Shown here: one piece after another, positions 38,601 through 44,895 of the stretch
Layout of the letters: each line of letters opens with the position of its first letter
How positions within the stretch are numbered: position 1 is the first letter of the stretch
Origin: a virus
Taxonomy: Duplodnaviria; Heunggongvirae; Uroviricota; Caudoviricetes
DNA length: 44,895 nucleotides
Strand: one strand, 5' to 3'
Virus record (IMG/VR): IMGVR_UViG_2851982317_000005
Translations under genes and position numbers: made by a program
Notes under the pieces: generated by a model
Databases searched by the model: none
What the model was told of the DNA's origin: nothing
What the model saw: only the letters and a program-made list of their open reading frames with translations

Positions 38601-39132
38601 GACGGCGAAAAATGCCGATATCAGCGGTAACGTGAATGCGAATTCCGGGACGCTCAACAACGTCACGATTAACGAGAACTGTCGGGTTCTGGGAAAATTG
38701 TCCGCCAACCAGATTGAAGGCGATCTCGTTAAAACAGTGGGCAAAGCTTTCCCCCGGGACTCCCGTGCACCGGAACGGTGGCCATCAGGGACCATCACCG
38801 TCAGGGTTTATGACGATCAGCCGTTTGACCGGCAGATTGTTATTCCGGCGGTGGCATTCAGCGGCGCTAAACATGAGCGGGAGAATAACGATATTTATTC
38901 GTCATGCCGCCTGATAGTACGGAAAAACGGTGCTGAAATTTATAACCGTACCGCGCTGGATAATACGTTGATTTACAGTGGTGTTATTGATATGCCTGCC
39001 GGTCACGGTCACATGACACTGGAGTTTTCGGTGTCAGCATGGCTGGTAAATAACTGGTATCCCACAGCAAGTATCAGCGATTTGCTGGTTGTGGTGATGA
39101 AGAAAGCCACTGCAGGCATCACGATTAGCTGA
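35653..39132 (+). CDS. Host specificity protein J (central tail fibre / tip attachment)
   Basis: 1159-aa ORF, N-terminus [24 protein letters not shown] typical of lambda J. Confidence 0.9.
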   Translation: MGKGSSKGHTPREAKDNLKSTQLLSVIDAISEGPIEGPVDGLKSVLLNSTPVLDTEGNTNISGVTVVFRAGEQEQTPPEGFESSGSETVLGTEVKYDTPITRTITSANIDRLRFTFGVQALVETTSKGDRNPSEVRLLVQIQRNGGWVTEKDITIKGKTTSQYLASVVVDNLPPRPFNIRMRRMTPDSTTDQLQNKTLWSSYTEIIDVKQGYPNTALVGVQVDSEQFGSQQVSRNYHLRGRILQVPSNYNPQTRQYSGIWDGTFKPAYSNNMAWCLWDMLTHPRYGMGKRLGAADVDKWALYVIGQYCDQSVPDGFGGTEPRITCNAYLTTQRKAWDVLSDFCSAMRCMPVWNGQTLTFVQDRLSDKVWTYNRSNVVMPDDGAPFRYSFSALKDRHNAVEVNWIDPNNGWETATELVEDTQAIARYGRNVTKMDAFGCTSRGQAHRAGLWLIKTELLETQTVDFSVGAEGLRHVPGDVIEICDDDYAGISTGGRVLAVNSQTRTLTLDREITLPSSGTTLISLVDGSGNPVSVEVQSVTDGLKVKVNRVPDGVAEYSVWGLKLPTLRQRLFRCVSIRENDDGTYAITAVQHVPEKEAIVDNGAHFDGDQSSTVNGVTPPAVQHLTAEVTADSGEYQVLARWDTPKVVKGVSFLLRLTVTADDGSERLVSTARTTETTYRFTQLALGNYRLTVRAVNAWGQQGDPASVSFRIAAPAAPSRIELTPGYFQITATPHLAVYDPTVQFEFWFSEKRITDIRQVETTARYLGTALYWIAASINIKPGHDYYFYIRSVNTVGKSAFVEAVGRASDDAEGYLDFFKGEIGKTHLAQELWTQIDNGQLAPDLAEIRTSITNVSNEITQTVNKKLEDQSAAIQQIQKVQVDTNNNLNSMWAVKLQQMKDGRLYIAGIGAGIENTPAGMQSQVLLAADRIAMINPANGNTKPMFVGQGDQIFMNDVFLKRLTAPTITSGGNPPAFSLTPDGRLTAKNADISGNVNANSGTLNNVTINENCRVLGKLSANQIEGDLVKTVGKAFPRDSRAPERWPSGTITVRVYDDQPFDRQIVIPAVAFSGAKHERENNDIYSSCRLIVRKNGAEIYNRTALDNTLIYSGVIDMPAGHGHMTLEFSVSAWLVNNWYPTASISDLLVVVMKKATAGITIS

Positions 39133-39151
39133 ATTTTATAACCCAGATACG

Positions 39152-39176
39152 GGCGCCAGAAATGGCGCCTTTTTTA
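39152..39176 (+). terminator. Rho-independent terminator after J
   Basis: ggcgccagaaatggcgcc followed by TTTTTT. Confidence 0.55.
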
Positions 39177-39199
39177 TTGCAGAAAAGCGAGAGGTAATT

Positions 39200-39799
39200 A
39201 TGCGTAAATTATGTGCTGTTATTTTGTCCGCAGTAGTCTGGCAGGTCGCCGCTGCTACGCCAGCGAGTGCAGCAGAACATCAGTCCACGCTGAGCGCGGG
39301 GTATCTCCATGCCTCGACGAACGTTCCCGGTAGTGATGATCTGAACGGGATTAACGTGAAATACCGTTATGAGTTTACGGACGCGCTGGGGCTGATTACG
39401 TCCTTCAGTTATGCCAATGCTGAGGATGAGCAAAAAACGCGCTACAGCGATACCCGCTGGCATGAAGATTCCGTGCGTAACCGCTGGTTCAGCGTGATGG
39501 CGGGGCCGTCTGTACGCGTGAATGAATGGTTCAGCGCGTATGCGATGGTGGGTGTGGCTTACAGCCGTGTGTCGACTTTCTCCGGGGATTATCTCCGCGT
39601 AACTGACAACAAGGGGAAAACGCACGATGTGCTGACCGGAAGTGATGACGGTCGCCACAGCAACACGTCTCTGGCGTGGGGGGCTGGCGTGCAGTTTAAT
39701 CCGACCGAATCCGTGACCATTGACCTTGCTTATGAAGGTTCCGGTAGTGGCGACTGGCGAACGGATGCATTTATTGTTGGTATCGGATACCGTTTCTGA
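39200..39799 (+). CDS. lom: Lom-like outer membrane protein (Ail/Lom/PagC family beta-barrel)
   Basis: 199-aa ORF with signal peptide, alternating beta-strand pattern and C-terminal aromatic residue (IGYRF). Confidence 0.8.
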   Translation: MRKLCAVILSAVVWQVAAATPASAAEHQSTLSAGYLHASTNVPGSDDLNGINVKYRYEFTDALGLITSFSYANAEDEQKTRYSDTRWHEDSVRNRWFSVMAGPSVRVNEWFSAYAMVGVAYSRVSTFSGDYLRVTDNKGKTHDVLTGSDDGRHSNTSLAWGAGVQFNPTESVTIDLAYEGSGSGDWRTDAFIVGIGYRF

Positions 39800-39904
39800 C
39801 AACAGACGCCGATTTATCTTCTGTAAATATTGTTATGATACGCAGGTTCATCCACCTTATGGGGTGAACTGCGTTTGAGGAAACGTAAAGTTACACTGTC
39901 CTGA

Positions 39905-39937
39905 AGCCCGTGGCGTCACTGCTGCGGGCTTTTTTTA
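39905..39937 (+). terminator. Hairpin plus T-run after lom
   Basis: agcccg...cgggct followed by TTTTTTT. Confidence 0.45.
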
Positions 39938-39950
39938 TTGGTGGAAAAGT

Positions 39951-42900
39951 ATGACAGTAAAAATTTCTGGCGTGCTTAAAGATGGCACAGGAAAACCAGT
40001 ACAGAACTGCACCATTGTGCTGAAGGCCAGACGAACCAGCAGCACGGTGGTGGTGAACACGGTGGCCTCTGAAAATCCGGATGAAGCCGGACGTTACAGC
40101 ATGGATGTTGAGCATGGTCAGTACAGCGTCACCCTGCTGGTTGAAGGTTTTCCGCCTTCACATGCCGGGACCATTACCGTCTATGAAGGTTCCAGACCAG
40201 GTACGCTGAATGATTTTCTCGGTGCCATGACGGAGGATGATGTCCGACCGGAGGCACTGCGCCGCTTTGAGCAGATGGTGGAAGAGGTGTCACGTAACGC
40301 CTCCGCGGTTGCACAGAATACGGCAGCCGCGAAAAAATCAGCCAGCGATGCCAGTGCATCAGCCAGCGAGGCGGCAACTCATGCAACCGATGCTGCAGCC
40401 TCAGCACGTGCCGCCAGCACGTCAGCCGGACAGGCCGCGTCGTCGGCTCAGTCAGCGTCTTCCAGCGCAGGAACGGCATCGACAAAGGCCCGTGAAGCAG
40501 CAAAAAGTGCTGCTGCTGCAGAGTCATCAAAAAGCGCGGCAGCTACCAGCGCCAGTGCCGCGAAAACGTCAGAAACGAATGCCGCAGCATCACAAAAATC
40601 GGCAGCCACTTCTGCATCCACAGCGACCACGAAGGCGTCAGAAGCTGCCACCTCGGCACGGGGTGCGGCGGCCTCAAAAGAGGCAGCGAAATCTTCAGAA
40701 ACGAATGCATCATCAAGTGCCAGTAGTGCAGCTTCCTCGGCAACGGCGGCAGGAAATTCCGCGAAGGCGGCAAAAACGTCCGAGACGAACGCTAAGTCTT
40801 CTGAAACAGCAGCGGGACAGAGCGCCTCAGCTGCGGCAGGTTCAAAAACAGCGGCTGCATTATCTGCCAGTGCCGCGTCAACAAGTGCCGGGCAGGCCTC
40901 AGCCAGTGCCACCGCCGCCGGAAAATCGGCAGAAAGCGCCGCATCATCCGCTTCAACAGCCACAACGAAGGCTGGCAAAGCCACTGAGCAAGCCACTGCA
41001 GCAGCGAGGTCTGCTTCTGCAGCAAAAACCTCTGAAACAAATGCAAAGACTTCAGCAGACAATGCTGCTTCCTCTAAGGCGGCAGCCGCATCGTCAGCCA
41101 GTTCAGCGGCGTCATCGGCATCATCTGCGTCTGCTTCAAAAGATGAGGCGACCAGACAAGCGTCAGCAGCGAAAGGTAGTGCCACGACAGCAACAACGAA
41201 AGCATCAGAGGCGGCAGGCAGTGCGACGGCTGCATCTCAGAGCAAAGTTGCTGCTGAATCCGCGGCAACGCGCGCCGAGACAGCAGCAAAACGGGCAGAG
41301 GATATTGCATCCGCCGTAGCGCTGGAGGATGCGAGCACGACGAAAAAGGGGATAGTACAGCTCAGCAGTGCAACAAACAGCACCAGTGAAAAGCTGGCGG
41401 CAACGCCAAAGGCAGTTAAAACTGTTAAAGATAGTTCAGTTCAAAAAACTGGCGACACAATGGGAGGGCAGTTAAAAATCAGCACGATAAATGCTCTTCG
41501 AATATTCAACCAAGCCTTTGGCCTTATTTTTAGGCGTTCCGAAGATCATCTTCATCTTATTCCGACTAATGAAGGGGAGGGGGAAAATGGAGACATCGGT
41601 TCATTAAGACCATTCTCTATAAACTTAAGATCAGGGTTGGTGTCCATCGGTAATGGACTAAAAGTTGGTGGTAGTGTTACTGGTAATTTGACCGGAAACG
41701 CAGATACTGCGACCAAGATCAAGACAGCACGTAAGATTGGGGGCGTGGCATTTGATGGATCGGCAGATATCAACTTGCCTGGAGTCAACGCTACCGGTAA
41801 TCAAAACACTACAGGTAATGCTGCGACCGCCACGAAACTTCAGGCAGCCAGAACGATTAACGGTGTGTCATTTGATGGTAGTGCAAATATCACATTGACC
41901 CCTTCAAATATTGGGGCATTGGCATTAACTGGAGGGACTCTTTCAGGTGGTTTAACTGCTGCTGGTGAGGTTATTTCAAGGTCAGCAAATGGTCTGCGTA
42001 TTGCCTATGGCAACTATGGATTCTTTATCCGAAATGATGGATCAAACACATATTTTATGTTGACAGATTCGGGTAACAGTCTTGGTACGCACAATAGCTT
42101 AAGGCCGTTTATAATTAGTAACCATACTGGCAATGTTACAATTGCAACTAAATTAAACGCGAGTGGTGGTATCACTGGATCTTTATCGGGTAATGCAAGC
42201 ACAGCAACCAAATTGCAAACTGCAAGGACAATTAACGGCGTAAAATTTGACGGCTCGGCAAATATTGAAGCGTTTCCGCCAGGTGTTCCGCTGCCGTGGC
42301 CATCAGATACACCACCTGCAGGTTATGCAATCATGCAGGGGCAGACGTTTGATAAGGCAGCATATCCGAAACTGGCTATTGCCTATCCTTCAGGTGTTAT
42401 TCCAGATATGCGCGGCTGGACAATCAAGGGCAAACCCGCCAGTGGCCGGGCCGTATTGTCTCAGGAACAGGACGGCATTAAATCGCACACCCACAGCGCC
42501 AGCGCATCCAGTACGGATTTAGGGACGAAAACCACATCGTCGTTTGATTACGGCACTAAATCCACGAATAACACCGGGGCGCATACGCACAGTCTGAGTG
42601 GCTCTACGGGGTCTGCCGGTGTTCATACTCATGGTAATGGTATTCGTTGGCCAGGAGGCGGCGGTTCTGCGTTAGCATTTTATGATGGCGGTGGGTTCAC
42701 TTATGTCCAGAATTCACAGTATCAAGTAAGCCCGGAGACTTCTTCCTATAGATCGTATTATCAACGTATTCAGACACAGTCAGCAGGTGCTCATACCCAC
42801 TCGCTGTCTGGTACTGCAGCAAGTTCTGGCGCACATGCACATACTGTAGGTATTGGTGCGCATACGCACTCCGTTGCGATTGGTTCACATGGACACACCA

Positions 42901-42977
42901 TCACCGTTAACGCTGCGGGTAACGCGGAAAACACCGTCAAAAACATCGCATTTAACTATATTGTGAGGCTTGCATAA
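39951..42977 (+). CDS. stf: Side tail fibre protein with long Ala/Ser-rich repeat region and C-terminal HxH-repeat domain
   Basis: 1008-aa ORF; reiterated ...KTSETNA.SS.... segments; C-terminal GAHTHS/HAHTV repeats typical of E. coli phage tail fibres. Confidence 0.85.
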   Translation: MTVKISGVLKDGTGKPVQNCTIVLKARRTSSTVVVNTVASENPDEAGRYSMDVEHGQYSVTLLVEGFPPSHAGTITVYEGSRPGTLNDFLGAMTEDDVRPEALRRFEQMVEEVSRNASAVAQNTAAAKKSASDASASASEAATHATDAAASARAASTSAGQAASSAQSASSSAGTASTKAREAAKSAAAAESSKSAAATSASAAKTSETNAAASQKSAATSASTATTKASEAATSARGAAASKEAAKSSETNASSSASSAASSATAAGNSAKAAKTSETNAKSSETAAGQSASAAAGSKTAAALSASAASTSAGQASASATAAGKSAESAASSASTATTKAGKATEQATAAARSASAAKTSETNAKTSADNAASSKAAAASSASSAASSASSASASKDEATRQASAAKGSATTATTKASEAAGSATAASQSKVAAESAATRAETAAKRAEDIASAVALEDASTTKKGIVQLSSATNSTSEKLAATPKAVKTVKDSSVQKTGDTMGGQLKISTINALRIFNQAFGLIFRRSEDHLHLIPTNEGEGENGDIGSLRPFSINLRSGLVSIGNGLKVGGSVTGNLTGNADTATKIKTARKIGGVAFDGSADINLPGVNATGNQNTTGNAATATKLQAARTINGVSFDGSANITLTPSNIGALALTGGTLSGGLTAAGEVISRSANGLRIAYGNYGFFIRNDGSNTYFMLTDSGNSLGTHNSLRPFIISNHTGNVTIATKLNASGGITGSLSGNASTATKLQTARTINGVKFDGSANIEAFPPGVPLPWPSDTPPAGYAIMQGQTFDKAAYPKLAIAYPSGVIPDMRGWTIKGKPASGRAVLSQEQDGIKSHTHSASASSTDLGTKTTSSFDYGTKSTNNTGAHTHSLSGSTGSAGVHTHGNGIRWPGGGGSALAFYDGGGFTYVQNSQYQVSPETSSYRSYYQRIQTQSAGAHTHSLSGTAASSGAHAHTVGIGAHTHSVAIGSHGHTITVNAAGNAENTVKNIAFNYIVRLA

Positions 42978-43561
42978 TGGCATTCAGAATGAGTGAACAA
43001 GCACGGACCATAAAAATTTATAATCTGCTGGCCGGAACTAATGAATTTATTGGTGAAGGTGACGCATATATTCCGCCTCATACAGGTCTGCCAGCAAACA
43101 GTACCGATATTGCACCGCCAGATATTCCGGCTGGCTTTGTGGCTGTTTTCAACAGTGATGAGGCATCGTGGCATCTCGTTGAAGACCATCGGGGTAAAAC
43201 GGTTTATGACGTAGCGTCAGGGGACGAGTTATTTATTTCTGAACTCGGTCCGTTACCGGAAAATGTTACCTGGTTATCGCCGGAAGGGGAGTTTCAGAAG
43301 TGGAACGGCACAGCCTGGGTGAAGGATACGGAAGCAGAAAAACTGTTCCGGATCCGGGAGGCGGAAGAAACAAAAAACAACCTGATGCAGGTAGCCAGTG
43401 AGCATATTGCGCCGCTTCAGGATGCTGCAGATCTGGAAATTGCAACGGAGGAAGAAACCTCATTGCTGGAAGCCTGGAAAAAGTATCGGGTGTTGCTGAA
43501 CCGTGTTGATACATCAACTGCACCTGATATTGAGTGGCCTACGAACCCTGTCAGGGAGTAA
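42977..43561 (+). CDS. tfa: Tail fibre assembly protein (Tfa)
   Basis: 194-aa ORF overlapping the stf stop; typical Tfa N-terminus ([48 protein letters not shown]). Confidence 0.85.
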   Translation: MAFRMSEQARTIKIYNLLAGTNEFIGEGDAYIPPHTGLPANSTDIAPPDIPAGFVAVFNSDEASWHLVEDHRGKTVYDVASGDELFISELGPLPENVTWLSPEGEFQKWNGTAWVKDTEAEKLFRIREAEETKNNLMQVASEHIAPLQDAADLEIATEEETSLLEAWKKYRVLLNRVDTSTAPDIEWPTNPVRE

Positions 43562-43610
43562 TCATTGGGATTATGCCGCAGCACGTCTTAAGCAAGAACG
43601 TGCTGCGGTT
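43403..43610. repeat. Direct repeat copy 1 (3' end of tfa plus downstream hairpin)
   Basis: About 200 bp repeated with roughly 90 percent identity at 44452-44660. Confidence 0.7.
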
Positions 43611-43615
43611 GGATG

Positions 43616-44284
43616 CTATTTTTTCCCTGAAGCGGAAAACATTACTACAGTACCTTGAACCTTGGTTTTAACATTCTCGAAATGCTCTGAGAGTATATGT
43701 GTTAAGCCTTCTTCGGAATCTTTTGTGTTTGAAAAGATGCCTTTCTGATTGTAAATGCGCATCAGTTTTTGACCGAAGCTATTGTGCACAACTCCATCGC
43801 CAAGAATTGTGGCTCCGTATAGAGTTCCATCGTCAGTTAAGGCCTGCGCCGCATTGCGTATTACACAGCTTTTTGTAGTTATATTTCCAGGCAGGCAGTG
43901 AAGAAGGTAAAACATGGAAATGGAATCAAATTGACCATGTAACGCCGCGGGATAAGGTTCAAAAACATCATGGCTAATTTTATGTTTAATTTTTGATTCC
44001 CCAGCCCTTGTAGATGCCGCGTTCAGGCTAGCTTCGTTCAAATCCATTAAAGATATCAGACTACTCTCAGGTACGTGAGTAAGGTAAAACCCAGTTCCAA
44101 CACCAATATCCAGATGGTTGTTACCTAAATGTTCCAGAAAGTGTGGAAGAAGGTGTTCCTTTGTAGGACATCCCCATGCAAGCCAATTTGATACTCCCAA
44201 AACCCACCAGTCATAAAGCTTTAGGGTAAGTGGTGTGTAAATTTTAGCCCCATCATCTGTGTTTTTTTTCATTAATTTCACCAT
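43616..44284 (-). CDS. Class I SAM-dependent methyltransferase (non-DNA type), substrate unknown
   Basis: 222-aa ORF with motif I LDIGVGTGFY, acidic post-I residue (LMDLN) and motif III-like LTDDGTLYG; no DPPY/NPPY DNA-methyltransferase motif; AT-rich; weak ribosome-binding site. Confidence 0.6.
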   Translation of the reverse strand: MVKLMKKNTDDGAKIYTPLTLKLYDWWVLGVSNWLAWGCPTKEHLLPHFLEHLGNNHLDIGVGTGFYLTHVPESSLISLMDLNEASLNAASTRAGESKIKHKISHDVFEPYPAALHGQFDSISMFYLLHCLPGNITTKSCVIRNAAQALTDDGTLYGATILGDGVVHNSFGQKLMRIYNQKGIFSNTKDSEEGLTHILSEHFENVKTKVQGTVVMFSASGKK

Positions 44285-44340
44285 GTTATAGTTTTATTTG
44301 TGAATTAAATCAATTATGGCGATGAATTACAAGGGGTTAA

Positions 44341-44610
44341 ATGCTGCCGCAGCATAGCGATATTGAAATAGCCTGGTATGCTTCGATACAGCAGGAGCCG
44401 AATGGCTGGAAGACCGTCACCACACAGTTCTACATCCAGGAATTCAGTGAGTATATTGCGCCACTGCAGGATGCTGTAGATCTGGAAATCGCAACGGAGG
44501 AAGAAAGATCGTTGCTGGAGGCATGGAATAAATATCGGGTATTGTTGAATCGTGTTGATACATCAACTGCACCTGATATTGAGTGGCCTGCAAATCCTGT
44601 CAGGGAGTAA
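44341..44610 (+). pseudogene. Chimeric/partial tfa: unrelated N-terminus fused to a Tfa C-terminal 50 aa (duplicate of tfa 3' end)
   Basis: C-terminal [52 protein letters not shown] is near-identical to the Tfa C-terminus. Confidence 0.5.
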
Positions 44611-44660
44611 TCATTGGGATTATGCCGCAGACACGTCGTATACAGGAACGTGCTGCGGTT
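44452..44660. repeat. Direct repeat copy 2 (tfa 3' end plus hairpin)
   Basis: See copy 1. Confidence 0.7.
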
Positions 44661-44895
44661 AGTTTGTGAGCTTTCGATAGTGGTTGTTATTTTTGCCCTT
44701 ATTTGTTCCGGAGGCCATGGTTCAATGGTCCGTCTGCCCCCTGTGGTGATGTCAGCAAAATCAGCCACTGCGCGAACCACAATAGCCCGGGAAGATGCTG
44801 AAGATCACCAGGTAAAGCTGTCAGCGCAGAAACTGGAAGAACTGCTCGCATCAATGGTTAAGGATGAGGTTGATCGCAATGATGGGATTTATTGA
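44614..44895 (+). CDS. Hypothetical small protein at window edge
   Basis: 93-aa ORF ending exactly at the window end; start uncertain. Confidence 0.2.
   Translation: MGLCRRHVVYRNVLRLVCELSIVVVIFALICSGGHGSMVRLPPVVMSAKSATARTTIAREDAEDHQVKLSAQKLEELLASMVKDEVDRNDGIY

Noticed and set aside
40237-41319. 360-aa Arg/Pro/Gln-rich ORF (plus) and 245-aa Ala-rich ORF (40448-41185, minus)
   Set aside because: Alternative-frame and antisense readings of the repetitive Ala/Ser-rich region of the side tail fibre gene; low complexity, no independent start signals
43562-44660. Possible DNA-invertase-controlled invertible tail-fibre segment (Mu G / e14 P-like)
   Set aside because: The two tfa-derived segments are direct, not inverted, repeats; no invertase gene and no recognisable hix/gix-like crossover sites in the window
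1-44895. CRISPR array
   Set aside because: No run of regularly spaced identical direct repeats with unique spacers; the repeats seen are iterons, tfa duplications and low-complexity coding repeats

Overview
This window is a nearly complete, mosaic lambdoid prophage of the E. coli/Shigella type, read from its integrase (stop codon at position 1) through to the side tail fibre. The calls rest on reading the six-frame translations and the DNA by eye, plus recalled family knowledge; no searches were run. Order of modules: int/xis (minus strand); a Qin-like early-left operon (large exonuclease, ydfD, dicB, DicF sRNA, ydfC/B/A); an HTH repressor with a divergent Cro-like gene and YdaT-like gene; a replication initiator with internal iteron arrays; a nin-like region of small ORFs interrupted by an IS66-family element; a hok/mok type I toxin locus; rem-like and frameshifted ydfU-like genes; rusA; a Q-like antiterminator with PR'/tR'; tRNA-Ile(CAU), a degenerate tRNA-like remnant and tRNA-Arg(UCU); an AT-rich moron locus of unknown function; the lysis cassette (holin, inserted unknown ORF, SAR endolysin, Rz/Rz1) and bor; an HK97-like head module (HNH, TerS, TerL, portal, protease, capsid); a lambda-like tail module (G/GT frameshift, tape measure, M, L, K, I, J); lom; side tail fibre and Tfa; and a SAM-methyltransferase cassette on the opposite strand flanked by duplicated tfa 3' ends. 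No CRISPR array or Shiga toxin genes were seen. The best candidates for an undescribed system are the moron locus at 16.6-18.1 kb (where Stx phages carry stx) and the methyltransferase cassette at 43.4-44.7 kb; neither function could be established from sequence alone.
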